A stretch of 64,000 nt of DNA, taken from Lama glama (taxonomy: Eukaryota). The translations under genes and the position numbers were made by a program. The stretch lies in assembly GCA_028534125.1 (NCBI GenBank), contig CM052817.1:58096001-58160000 (forward strand), given 5' to 3'. Positions 26,975 through 40,330 of the stretch are shown one piece after another (within the stretch, counting starts at the first letter, position 1; each line of letters starts with the position of its first letter). The notes under the pieces are model-generated. The model saw only the letters and a program-made list of their open reading frames with translations. It was not told the DNA's origin and did not search any database.

Positions 26975-27290
26975 CATTGCTTATAAGGCCCAGCATCCAA
27001 GCTCTAAGACAGAAACTCCTTTTTTTTTAAGTGAAAGATAGAAACTACTTGTCAAGTTACTCCATCTATTGCTTTTTCTTCTAAGACTTAACAGTTGGAA
27101 TTTGTTTCTTAAAATTTCACTTGAGTATATCTCAGCTTTCCTGAACTTGCTGCCATACTTTGCCTCGGTGATGATCACATTGTTGCCAGAGCAATTTTAT
27201 TGCAGAAGGCCATCTCTACTATTCATTGGATTAATTGTATTTTCAAAGCTCATCAATGACATCTTTACTGTTGCCCATTTAATATGACAT
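26975..27290 (-). mobile_element. Possible CR1/L3 3' remnant
   Basis: The reverse complement has TTAAGAAACAAATTCCAACTGTTAAG and GGAGTTTCTGTCTTAGAGCTTGGATG, which resemble the L3 3' region. The match is weak. Confidence 0.35.
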
Positions 27291-30094
27291 GTAGGTGACT
27301 AGGTTATTTTAAGTGAGACATCATTAAGTCGAATACATGTGGATCCCCATATACCTCTTGTAACATTCATCCCACAACTATTAATAATGGCTTCGCTGCC
27401 ACTGCCTCGGGTATGTTAGTTGAAGTTTTTGTGAATGTGGATTCTGACTTAATCGATGCACGTAGTGAAGCACTGAGTAAAATTTGCTTGTTTAAGTAGT
27501 GACAGAGAAGAAGTGAAGTAGTAGAATGTGATTACAGCATATCTAGTTATTATTTCAGGCATGAAATGCCAACTAGATTCTTAGGTGACATTGGCAACTT
27601 AGAGTGCTTAGAGAATGCAGTATGATCGCATAGGATTTTTATGCTTGCTGTACACCACAATCACATGGAACCAATTTTAGATATCCAGACTATTGTAATC
27701 ACTAATATGCCTGTGGAAACATTTCATTTAAAGTATTTTATTTTAAGCCTTAGTTTCTCCTTTTTGATTTCAGATGTCCCATTTATTCATTTTGATCAGT
27801 TACATACTTTTTTGTATCATCCAATAATTAAACTATTATGATCTAACATTTTAAAAATCAACCAAAGGAATCAACTGATATAAATTAATTACTGCCTGAG
27901 TAATATTTCTGCAAAGTTTTAGGACCATTATTACATTTACTTTAGTGAATAAAATCTATTTTCTGGCTATATACAAGTTTGATTTAAAACAATGTCTGGT
28001 GGCCAATAAGCTTCCATAGTATCAAGTAATATTATAAAATATTTAAAAAATTGCTTTGTAGATGACAATTGAAATGCTAATCCTGTTCTTTTGTTACTTT
28101 CTACCTTTAAAATATTCTGATCTCATAGACCTGGATTAGATTTCAAATAAAAATCTGAGAGTAGAGCACCTTTCCAGTTTAACAAACAAAAATACATCAT
28201 TTTTTATGCATAGGGTCACCCCAACTAAGTCAATGTAGGATGCCAGATAATCAAAATCATGCTTAAATAATTAAAGAGTAACATTATTAAGTAAAACTAG
28301 GAAAGATAAAAGAAACAGTAATTGTAGTTCTGCCTGCCTTTTGTGTTATATGTTATTGCATTTAAAATAAAAGTCCATTCCTGTGCCAACGTTCTCTTTA
28401 GTTTTATGCTCTGCACTTGTACTTGGATTCACATTGTCCATAGACTTGGGCTGATGGTCTATATTTAGCATTTCAGGATCTATTGAACTAAAAGTGGTTT
28501 TGTTTTTCAAATTCACAATCTGTGGATATAGGAACTAGATAAATGTGTAGACAGTTAAAGGAATGTGATCTTTATGCAATCATTGTCTTAAAGATCATGT
28601 TACAGATGTTTCATTACTGTTTTGACTGTATTACTATATTTTCTATCTGTGAACTGTCTGATAATCAAACTTACATATTTTTCCTTTGGAAATCTTTAAC
28701 CCTGGAGTTAAAACAGCATCCTTTGGACATCTTTTAACCCTAGCAATAAAATTTAGCATCGTCAATTATAAACAATAAACACAAAAATAAAATAAAATTC
28801 TACAGATTATAAAAATTAAAAATAAGACCAGAGTTTTCATATTATGATGATCCATGAACTCATAGGCATTTTCTTAGGGTGCATTTTTTTCTTGTGACAT
28901 TTACAATATGAAAGAGGTGATAGACGTCCTGAAATAATTTGTGAAACACTATTATATAGCTTTGTAATTGGCATTTGCTGAAAGCTAATTGCTACTAGGT
29001 ATCTAGAAAGTAACATTCTTACCTCTCCCAATACTTAAACAGAAAATAAACTTTAAATGGAAAATATGTTTCTAATGAAATATTCAACTGAAGTTGTGAT
29101 GAGCAAGAATAAGAGAGATAAGTACTGCTCTTCTTTTGATATATAATTCTATAACCTCCTTTTTTACATTCCTGTATTTCTAGTCTTTTGAAAAGTGGGA
29201 ACAAAGTTATACAGCACAGATGTAGAATTTTAATCTAGAGTGCAAGAATAGATCAGAGGAATATTTTAATATGTAAAGTGTCTTTAAATTTTTATCGAGT
29301 GTAAAATAATACCTTTCCCATATTATGCTTTTTCTCATGTTTAAATTTAATAAATGATAAGTGTATAATCTTTCGATCATTTTCCCCCCTCTTAAAATCA
29401 TCTGTCCTACAGTACTTACTTCTTTTGATTTTGTCTGGAAAACCAGTTATCATCCTTTCTAAGTTTGGTCCAACAGCTTGTATGTGGTTCAAGGAATAGA
29501 TCACAAAAAAGAAGTGAGTTAAATAATAAAAGATAGAGGTGGAGTTAGATTAATTTAGTAGTAATTTTGCTAACTTTTAACTGTTATTGAAATTGGCTAA
29601 GATTAGTGTAACTTTATATTAGCTAGTTTTGATGTGATCAGATGATGTTTATAGAATACCTTAATAGTTGATGATTATTTATCCAAAAGATAATACATCT
29701 ATCAGAACAGCATGCTTTTTAAAGTAAGTTACTGGAAGATGATCAGTTTCCCTTAACTTGAGGATGTGACACTACTTTGGCCATACTCTATGTATTTGAC
29801 TCTTCTCAAATAGGCATCAATGCTACTATTAATCTCTGAAAAATCAGATTACTTCCCTTTTAAGACACTAAGATATCCTTGTAAAAGTCTTTTAACGTAT
29901 AGGTAAATATTCATTTTCATGATCTCAATAATTTATGAAGTTAAACCATAGTGTTTCTTTTAGGTTGTCTTTAGGCTACTACTTGTATTTTGGTCATTTT
30001 ATCTATTTATTTTCTTAGTTGCTTTATTTATTTACTCAATGATTTATTTACTTACTATTTTTATGTATTTTCAAAACTATTTACAAACTTAGAA

Positions 30095-30280
30095 ACTTAA
30101 CAGTTATTGCGTACCTTTTAAGTGCGAGGCACAGTGCTAAGTGCTCAATTTTCATGCTCTCATTTCTCATGGCAACTCAAAGAGATAGGTTGTTTATAAT
30201 TTCCATTTTTGTTTGTAAAAATTGAGGCATATAAAAATTAATTTGTTAAGGATTAAACAGCTTGTATATGGTGGAATAGC
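30095..30280 (-). mobile_element. MIR
   Basis: GGCACAGTGCTAAGTGCT...TTTCCATTTT...AAAATTGAGGCAT. Confidence 0.75.
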
Positions 30281-31669
30281 TTGTTATTTCTTCTCATCTT
30301 ATGTAACTGCTTATTATATCAGATAAAGTATTACATTTAAAATTCTTTTATAAATCAGAAGTTATTTCTGGCTTATTAAAATATGCATTTATTACCCATA
30401 GGTATACAAGTAATGTTGGCAATGTTTAAGCACCTAAGAGGCTAATACAGATTATTTTGAAAAAAATAATTTTCTTGAATACATGCTTCAAAACCATTAG
30501 TATTAGAAGAAATCAGTGTACTGGAAGCAAGAGGCTTAAAGTCCTAAAACTCCATGACAAAATTATTTCAGGTTTGAAAGTGAAGTGACTACATCAGCAA
30601 ACACAAATACTTAAAATAATTTTCACATTTATATTGCAAAACAGAAATGCCATTCCATTGGATATACTAAAGTGACTTCATTCAAAGAAAAGTAATACTA
30701 CATGTGATTGTGAACTTGTGATGTGTAGATTAGAATGTGATTAATTTTGAGCAAGATAATTATTAGAAGATTGTTTCAAGAGTGAATTTTAGTAATTTAA
30801 CTTTTTAAATTACAAGCACCGTTTGGGAGGTGAGGAAACTAATGGTCCTTCTTTTTTCCCTCAAATAATTATATGTGTATAAACAAAGAAATAGTATTTG
30901 TAAGTTCTCGTAGTTAGTAGATCACCTAGAGTGTCCATGGATTTACTTTGAAAAACTCAGTATTAGTTTCTTGAAAATATTCAGTCAGAAAAAAAAGAAA
31001 TGTACAAATCTTTTGCAGTGTTAATGTACTTGAGTTGACAACATATAAAAAAAAGTGCACAAAGGAATGCATATTTTATAAAAAATGTAGTTTTATAGTG
31101 CAGGGTTGGTACACATATGCTCCTGGTCATGGAATGAAGGACTTTTTGATTAGAGAGAATCACAGAGGTAGGGATCTATCTGCCTGCAGTAACCACTACA
31201 ACCACAGCATCCCTCAGGAGAAGTTTTAGTCTATGAATTGCTTTCCCAGACTGTCTCATTTGAACCTCACTGGACAGTTGTTTTAATTTTGGCTTTGCAA
31301 TGGACACACCTGAGGATTGGAAATTAAATGTATTTCCTTTGACCTCTCTGTTAATTCGTAATTCTGGCTTTAGCAAACCAATTTCTTCCTCTATCACGTT
31401 CTCTCATGCTGTCAACTGAGCCTCTAACCCAAACATATCTGTACATCTGTTTTCCTCTCATAGGGCACAGGAATAGGAGTACTGTCTTTTGATTTCTTGA
31501 GCCATGTTTCTGGTTGCTTTGTTTTACAAGTAGATCATGTGCTTAATAAAAGATGTGAGTAATGAAATATACTTTAGAATGTGAAAGGCATTTTGATTTT
31601 GTAAGAACTTTATGCTTCTTATGGCATCTTGTGGCATCTATTTCAGAAATCCAATAATATTTATAATGG

Positions 31670-31905
31670 CAGGTGATAGTCAATACTGATAGCACTTTTA
31701 GTACTTACCAGCCACTGGTATGTATGTTACACATATTAACTCATTTAGTCCTTACAATAACCAGACAGATTAATGATAATTTGCTTGTTTTACAGATGAG
31801 GACACTGAGGTCAGGTAAATAGGCCAACTTCACATAGAAAGTAGAAGAGCAGGGGCCAATTCATGCAGTAGGGCCTGGAATCCATGCTCTTAACTTCTTC
31901 ACTGT
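31670..31905 (-). mobile_element. MIR
   Basis: CATATTAACTCATTTAGTCCTTACAATAACC...TTTTACAGATGAGGACACTGAGG...CCATGCTCTTAAC. Confidence 0.9.
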
Positions 31906-34261
31906 TCAGACATGGAGCCTAACTGTAGTTTTCTTCATAAACATTTTCATATTTTGTCTTGTAAGTGCAAGCCATTGGTGGCCCTTTCAAAAGTAATGGT
32001 GAAATTGTTTACTACTTTTTCTTTAGTAATTAAAGAATGCAGTTGACTCCAATATATGTTTGATGTAGTGCTATTAACCCAGCATCGGCTGGGAAATGAC
32101 TTAGAGCAGTTGGACAAGTAAATGTCTGCCATACCTTCTATTCAGGCCCAGCAATGAGTGATTCTTAAACATGTGTTCATCTTTGGGAGAGAGAAGGAAC
32201 TAACTGAAATTAGAAGTAAACTAATGAATAATTTTGTATTCTATATGACAGTCTTGGAAAAATGTTCATAGTAAACTAAACCATGAAAATTTAGATAATT
32301 TTTTCAAATCATAAACTAAAAATTTTATTACAAATCTATTGATCTTGAAATTATTTTGAACTTTGTTTAAAACACTTAGTGATGTAGAAAAAAAGAAACA
32401 TTCAATGAAGGGGAAAAATATTTTTCATATTTGATTTGTCTGTGTTATTAAAATGAATTACTGTGTTTTTCAGTGTAAAATCAGAAACTTTATAGATAGG
32501 ACAACACCGTAAGAAAGTCTGAAGTCATCAGTGGTTAAGCTGACTTTCTGAGCTGTGTTCCAATTTTTCAAAGGACTAAAAATCAATATTAATTTTTATT
32601 TTAAATTTATTTTTCTGTCCTTTCTGAATAGGTAGCCCATAGTAATGTTACTTTCAGGTGTGGAAAAAATGTGAAGTTTCACGCATTTCTAGTAAATTAT
32701 TGCTTATTGGTGGGGACACATGTTTTCAGTCCTGCCTATTGCCACTTTAAATGAGATTCATGATCCGTGACCAATTATGTATATGTAGAAATTCACCTTT
32801 TTTTAAAAAAAGATTACTGTCTTGTGAAGTGTTCTGAATGTAAAAACATTTATTTGTACTTGTAACTTACTCATCTTCTTCATCCTGTCAATGTTCTAAA
32901 TGTAATCAGCAGTGTGTTGTTAAAACCAATTCTGACCATCATGATCTTTTCATGTATAGGACACTGTATTAAAAAGAAAGGGCAATCTCTTAAAAAGTAA
33001 GCCAGGTTTACTCGAGCTAAGTATCTTTATAGAAAACACATGTGATGTAGTGTGTAGGTTTAGTATTTATGTATAGATGGCTTTAATAACTTGTCTATTT
33101 AAGGATCTAATTAGTTTTTAGTTCAGTAAACATATACATAGCCAATATTTCTTATCATTTTGGTATTATTTTATTGTTTTATGGTTATCATCATTAAAGT
33201 CTTATTGAATGGATAAGCATTCATTTTTTCCCCCTCCTCACAAAAGTAAAGCATTTGATTTAATAAAATGTTCCACAACCATGCTCTGGGTTGACAAAGA
33301 CTTGCTCGGTTGATTAGCATGAATGAGAATATGAAAGATTTAAAGCAAAGCTGTCAAAGCAATTAGAACTAAAGTCCTCCTATCGCTGAATAATGGAAAC
33401 CATGCCTGGAACACTTTCAAATGTATCTAAGGAAATTGTACTTATGCAAAACGAAATGATAGTGAATAAAAGAAATGGAATAATGAAAGCCAACAGAGGC
33501 AAAATTGTCCAGGTAGCATTTTAATATATTCTCACTACTATATTTTAGAATTATTTAAAAAACATGATACAGGGTTTCTACAAAAAGGTATATTTATAAT
33601 GTTCAATTTAGGAACTGTTTATTTAGATGCAAGATGTTTAATATCTAATTGTTTGAAAATATTTAATTTTAAAGATTCTATAGAGTTTATAAAATCTACC
33701 ATTGGGATATTTTCCCATAATTTAAAATTTAAACAAATCATTTAAAATGGGATACAAATATTGAAGCTACAAAACAAATTAATAAGCATTTAATATTTAG
33801 TATATTTTTTCTCTTAATGCTTTTAAATCTTAAAAATTTAGAATGCATTAACAGAGTTTCAGAATATTTTGTGTGATTAAGAAGACTCATGGTGCAAAGA
33901 ATGTAAGTGGAGAGAATACTTAGATAATCATTTTATATTTTTATGAAAACAGTTGATTCTAGGAGATAATTACATAAATTGATTTTTTTCCATTTGTTCA
34001 GTTATTCAATATTAAGCAGTTATTCTATTTTTACAGTGTATAAGGCATTGTGAAAAATACCAACAGGAACTACACAGGTATCTGACATTGATAGGCTTGT
34101 GTTCTAAGGAAGTAGTTATGACAAATACACCATATACCCTAATGCATTAAATAGATTGTAAATGCCGTCGGAATGTAAATAAAAAGCTATATGGTTTTGA
34201 AGGAGAGATTATCTTCATCTACATATTGTATTTGAATTTGATTATAGGGTATCTGTGTGTA

Positions 34262-34757
34262 TGTCAGTTTAAAATGTTTTTTCCTACAAGTAAGTAATCA
34301 AAGTATCTTAACACAAGGAATTAATTGGTTCATATAACTAAAAGAGTTCACATGGAAAGCAGTGAACAGATACAGTTCAACCAGAGGTTCTGCTCTATTT
34401 CTCTCTGACATTATCAGCTCTGCTCTTTTCCTTGACTGGTAGGAGAGTGGCAGGGGTGAATTCTGAGAACTGTACATAACAATCTCTCTCGAAGAAATCC
34501 TGCCCTAGTATTTCAAGGAAGCATTCTAACATTTGCCTTGATTGGAGTGCCCAGGATACATGATCACTCTTAACCTACAGCCTGGGTGGAGAAATGTGCA
34601 TATTACCCAAGTGAACCATTCTCAGCCTTGGAAGTAGAAATGGGGCTTGATTTTCCTTGAGTATTCATCTGCATGAGGAGAGTTCTGGGGATACTGCACT
34701 GAAAGTCCATGTACTGTTGGAGAATGGATCATGAATAGGCAGCCTGCAATATCTACT
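34262..34757 (-). mobile_element. MaLR LTR (MLT1J/K-like)
   Basis: TGTCAGTT...GGAATTAATTGGTTCATATAACTAAAA...TGATTGG...CATGATCACTCTTAACC...ATATCTACT. Confidence 0.7.
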
Positions 34758-35120
34758 GGAGTATGATATAGACATTCAAACATCAGGAAGGACATTCAGG
34801 CAGAGTAGTTTATGTGAACATATGAAGGACAGAAAATATATGTGTGTAGAAAGCACTATTTCAGTTCAGCTGGGTAGAGTATGTCTGAAGGAAATAACAG
34901 CAAAAGGGTAGATTGGAATCATATGGTAGAATACCTTGAAAGCTGGGCAGTGAGATTTGGAATTTATTCTGTAGATCATGGGAAGTACTCAGCATTTTGA
35001 GCAGTAGATCAACAAGCTCAGACTTGCTATTAGGATTTAAATTTGTGAGTGCCAGGTTTTTGTTTTTGTTTGAAAAGGTATTGCTAGTGAATCCTGGTTT
35101 TGCCTTTAGCACCTGGTTAC

Positions 35121-35521
35121 TTTTTTTTTTTTTTGAGTAAAGGTAGATTTATTTAGAGAGATACATACTGCATAGAGTGTAAGGCAGGAGAAAGGCAAGG
35201 AAAGAGGTGTGGAAATTGGGTGCTCAGGTTAAAATAAAAGTAGGTACATACTCCATAGACAGAGTACGGGTCATCTCCAAAGGGGAGGGAATGAAAAAGG
35301 CTGCTAGGCATGGTGTTGCCAGTTTTTATAGGCTCAGTAGCTTCACAGGCCTACAGGTGGGACCATTCTAGGTACCCTGGGGAAAGGGCTGGGATTCCTG
35401 GGAGTTGGGCCACCGCCCATTCTTTGGCCTTTTGTGGTTAGCATTGGGACTGTCATGGCACCTGTGGCCATGTTGTTTATCATGCTGTTACAGTGAGCAT
35501 ATAATGAAGCTCAAGGTCTTC
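35121..35521 (-). mobile_element. ERV LTR U3-R sequence with poly(A) tail and TSD (L1-processed ERV RNA)
   Basis: T14 at 35121-35134, minus-strand AATAAA at 35148-35153, minus-strand TATAAAAA at 35323-35330. Flanking direct repeat TAGCACCTGGTTA (35107-35119) / TAGCTCCTGGTTA (35522-35534). Confidence 0.78.
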
Positions 35522-36039
35522 TAGCTCCTGGTTAAATGTTGATGTTGTATTCTGACATAGGGAAGGAGATGTGAGGCAGTTTGAATATCTAGTGTAGGTG
35601 TCTTGGAAGATGGTTGTTTCTTTACTAGAAAGAGAAAACACAGTTGGGAAAAATTTGAAGGGGAAATTGATGAGGAGTCAATATTTGGATACATTGAATT
35701 AGCTACTTATGGAACTATTGAATGACAAACTCCTTAGAGTTCAATTTTTCTAACTTTATTTTACAAGTGAATAATACAGAGTATAGTGACTTACTCAGTT
35801 CACATTGCTTTATATTTTGGAGCTAGTTTTTACATCCACTTCTCTTAACTGTAAGCTCAATATTCTGTCCATTTTAACATAGCTGCCTCCATGTTTGATA
35901 CACAGATTGGTATGTTTTGCCAGCATAATAAACAATGCTTAACATTTATTGAAAATTTATTTATTTTAGGCATTGTGCCAAGTCATTTTTAATTTTTACT
36001 CTTATGAATAATATTTACTTGATAAGTGTAATAATTAAA

Positions 36040-36260
36040 ATCTTAGTATCTAATGTTACTGAATACTTACAACATAATCTTCCACTGTGTCAAGCAATTT
36101 GCATGTATTATATACTGTACTTTTAATAACCATTCTATGGTAGGTAGTATTATTCTCATTTTACAGATTGGAAAGTTTAAGGGTTATATAACATGCATAA
36201 GATCACACAGCCTGAAGGGACAGAGCAAGATTTGAATCCATAAAATTGTTGCACTCAAAC
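36040..36260 (-). mobile_element. MIR
   Basis: GGTAGGTAGTATTATTCTCATTTTACAGATTGGAAA...AAGATCACACAGC...GATTTGAATCC. Confidence 0.85.
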
Positions 36261-37374
36261 CAGTGCACGTGGGCACTTTCAAAGTAAATCCTTAAAATCG
36301 TTTAGTTTGATAGAGGAAAGAGGGTAGACTGAAAAGAGTTGTACTTGGAAGGTAGAAATGTGAGACTAAAATTTTATCTAGAAGTCACATCTAACAGATA
36401 CCACAGTAATACACATTAAGATGGGAATTGAAGCTATGGGTTTGGGTTGTATTTACAAGGGAGAGGCTAAAGGAAGAAGAAAAGAGAATAAAGAGCTAGA
36501 ATTTGGGGTGAAACAATAATACTGAGCAACTGAAAAAACAGGAGCATCAGGAGAGTTCAGTGACAGAGAAATGCAATGGAGATGACATTTTCAAACCAAA
36601 GAAGTTGTGCAAAATCTTCAATGCTACAAGAAGAGCCTATTAAGGTTGATGGCTAGGGGGTCATTGGAGGCCTTTTGGGACACTAGTTTTAATCAAGTGG
36701 CAGTTACAGAAGCACTGGAAATAGGGTTAATGAACTAGTGCAATGGCTATTTATAGGTGGAGAGAGATTCCATTGGAAAGGGAAATCTTGAAGAATCACA
36801 AGGGAGGTAAAATAGGTAATGAAGCTTGATGATGCTATGGGAAGAACTAGAATGGAAAGCACTAGTGGAAAAATAGTTCTACAAAGGCAGGCAAGAGAGA
36901 AAAGAGATTGATGAAGATTCAGGAGAAAAAATTCTGAAGCAAAGTACAGTGAAATTGGTAACAATCTCACTGATGATCCAGTACTCTCAGCCCAGTAATT
37001 GACTAAACCATCAGTGTACTTGGCTGTGTTGGTTTTGCCAAATACCACATGTATCACAATTAATAAATTCCTTAGAAACAAAGACTTAAAGTTCATATCC
37101 TGCTGTGGAAAAAATGAGCTAACCCCCCCCCCCCAAAAAAAACTGCCTGTGAATGCTTAAGTAAAATGTACAACTTGTTATATCTTAAGTGAATGTAAAG
37201 AGAAAAGTGTATTAACTCTTTAAACTTGTGAAGTCTTCAAGTTCCCTTTCGTCTCTTTGCTTATCCTGTGTTCTTTTCCTTCTGGCTGAAGATTTTTGCT
37301 TGAGTTATTGCAAGTATACAGTAACCACCTTCTCTTTTCACTCTTCCTCCATGCTGCATAAGAGGAGATTTCAT

Positions 37375-37530
37375 AGTCACTTTATAATAATAGTCAACAT
37401 TTATTTGGCACTTACTGTGTCCCATGCACTGTTCTAATGGCTTAGACACAATAAATTATTTATCCAACCAGCTCTGAGTTAGTTATTATTTTTATCCAAA
37501 TGTTCTCAGCAAATGAGAAAATTAAAATAC
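37375..37530 (-). mobile_element. MIR fragment
   Basis: ATAATAATAGTCAACATTTATTTGGCACTTACTGTGTCCCATGCACTGTTCTAA. Confidence 0.8.
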
Positions 37531-38184
37531 AGAATTTACATACTTGTTGATGGATTAGCTGTTTGCATTCTGCTATAATTAATTCAAATGCAATCAGTAT
37601 AATGATCACTTTTAAACTGTATGTAAAAATGTGAAATTAAAGAGCTTCTTTTTGTAAAATAGAATTTTTTAAGCAAATAGAGAAATACTGCATTGCATAG
37701 AAAGGGTATCAGTATTAGGTCTACTTTCCTGGTTCAGAAGTTAAAAAAAAAGCTTTATTATCTTGGAAGGTGGAGTGTACTGAAGTGGGAAAGGCATAAG
37801 TTGGTGAAAGTTTTAGGTACCGAAGCTGTGAGCCATGTTCTCTCAGACTGACCCTCTTTTTGACTTGGCAAGCTCATTTTGATTGTTACCCTCTCGCTGG
37901 AATATCCGTTGACAACCTGCCTTACCTGTTTTCTCCCTGAGTGCAGAGCAGAAGGCCTTTCCTTCATTAACCTGCTTTCCTTTTTCTGTTTCCAAAATGA
38001 AAGATTGATATTTTACATATTTACATGTTTTATGTGCTCTGGCATAAATTCTCATATGTTCCATTAATATTTAATGGTTGGGATGGCATAATTCATAAAT
38101 ATATATATGAACATATATGTATATATTTCTCCCGTCATTTCTGCATCTGATAATGACATTTTGGACAAATAAGTATCTTTGTCA

Positions 38185-38986
38185 TTTTTTTTTTTTGAAG
38201 TATAGTTGGTTTAAAATGTTATGTTCATTTCTGGTGTTCAGCATAATATTTCAGTTATACATATGTATTCATTTTCATATTTTTAATTATAGGTTACAGG
38301 GTATTGAATATAATTCCCTATACTGTACACTGTCAACTTGTTGTTTATGTATAGCAGTTAATATTTGGAAATCCTGAACACCTAATTTATCCCTTCACCT
38401 TCCCCTCCCTTTCTCCCCATAAACATAACAGAAAATGGAAGTTTGTTTTCTATGTCTATGAGTCTGTTTCTGTTGTGTAAATAAGTTCATTTGTGTCATT
38501 TTTTTTTTCAGATTCCACATATAAGTGATATCATATGGTATTTTTCTTTCTCTTTCTGGCTTATTTAGCTTAGTATGGCAGTCTCCAGGTCCATCTGTGT
38601 TGCTGCAACTGGTATTATTTTATTCTGTTTTATGGCCAAATAGTATTCCATTGTATGGCTGAATAGTACACCACAGCTTCTTTATTGAGTCATCTGTCAG
38701 TGGACACTTAGGTTGCTTCCATGCCTTGCCTATTGTAAATAGTGCTGCTATGAACATTGGGATGCATGTACCTTTTTGAATTAGAGTTCCCTTTGGATAT
38801 ATGTCCAGGAGTGGGATTGCCGGAACATAGCTGGATTAGTGGATCATAGGGTAAGCCTATTTTTAGTTTTTAAGGAATCTCTATACTGTTTTCCATAATG
38901 GTTGCACCGAACTACATTCCCACCAACAGTGTAGGACGGTTCTTTTTCTCCTTTATCATTTATCATTTGTGGACTTTTTAATGATA
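38185..38986 (-). mobile_element. 5'-truncated lineage-specific L1 (cetartiodactyl/camelid-type 3' end)
   Basis: T12 tail, then GAAGTATAGTTGGTTTAAAATGTT, followed by typical antisense L1 3' UTR and ORF2 end. Degenerate TSD GACAAATAAGTATCT (38164-38178) / GACAAATAGGCATTT (38987-39001). Confidence 0.92.
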
Positions 38987-40149
38987 GACAAATAGGCATT
39001 TAATTAAAATGAGTTCTTAATGCTTGTATTTATCTTTCTGTTTGTAAAAGTTAACAACAGTACATTGTATATTTCAGTTGGAGAACTTTTACAACTTCTG
39101 CTTTATTTAAATAAGAGTGCTAGTACCCTAAACAGTATTCTAGTAGTCTGAAAAAATGTTAAGACATCAAAACCCTAACAGTGGTAGGAAGTGACTTGAG
39201 CAGTGACAAGAAGAGAGTCCACTGAGTCATAAACGAGCTAAATTAATTCAGAAGCAGCACAGTGCTGCAAAGATGTGATTACTACCTTTTGATCTGTGAC
39301 AAAAAACAGTTTCTTTTATTCTTCCATGGATAGCCTTATGAGATTTTTATCTACTGAATTTACAATATTTAGTGTTGAATATGAAAGTAAGAAGAACCAT
39401 GTTCTTAAAAAACGGTGGATTAGAGTATGTCATGAACAGTGGCATATTTAGATATGTGTGTCAGTGTTTCAGGTCACTAGAGAACCATTTAATTGAATAA
39501 TCTGAAACAAGTTTATGTCTTCACCCAGGGAGTAAGAAACTGAGGAAATTATTCAGATATGTCACAATTCAAGATTATTTTTATTCATGTATTTGGGTTT
39601 ATTATGTTTTTATATATTTCAAAAGGAAAGAAGCGTATGCTTATTTCTTTTCAAATTGTTTGCCATTTAGTTTAGAGATGGCTGTTTACTCACATTCAAA
39701 TAAAATCATCTTTAAATTTATTTGTGCTTTCATTATTAAAAATTTTTGTGACTTTTTAGTTTATGATGCAAAACTTGATTGTGTTGTTAAAGGCAGGTCA
39801 ATGTGATAAAGTAGTTCTTAATGTACTAAATAGAGATAATAAAATATTTCTTAATAATTATATTTGGCAGTGAGTGAATAGCTTTTGTAGAAAGAGAACA
39901 ACATTTTTAATTGACTCAGAATGTATACATTTTAGCTTTGTAGGCTTTGTAATTGGTTTACTTTGTGCATCTGTCTGCTAAAATTACTCTTCCTATATTG
40001 ATAGAAATATGGGGGACATTATATTTTTACTTTCAATTAAAGAATTTAATAGTTCCTCCATCAGAGAAATAAAGAAAGCTTCAACTTTTAGTTTATAACC
40101 TCTCACTGTCTTTCCATGTTATTACTTCGTACTGATTAAATATTTGCTT

Positions 40150-40330
40150 TCTGCCTAAAACTTTTCTAGATAGCTTACATTATTACCTAGTTTAATTCAC
40201 AACAATGAAAAGAAGTATTTTCTATAACTGTTCCTATTTTTAAATGAGATATCTGAGATAGAGGAAGTTTAAGTAACTTTATTGAGCTCACTCAGATAGT
40301 AAGGGAGGGAGACCTAGGTTATTATGAATT
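40150..40330 (-). mobile_element. MIR
   Basis: TTTAATTCACAACAA...CCTATTTTTAAATGAGATATCTGAGATAGAGGAAGTTTAAGTAACTT. Confidence 0.7.

Larger units (their letters stand above)
33990..36720 (-). mobile_element. Fragmented L2 interrupted by a MaLR LTR, an ERV retrocopy and MIRs
   Basis: Collinear antisense L2 pieces at ~33990-34230, 34790-35040, 35560-35720 and 36400-36720. Confidence 0.65.

Noticed and set aside
18590..27290. The two CR1-like remnants as one fragmented element
   Set aside because: Their order on the minus strand is not collinear, because the 3' piece comes before the RT piece.
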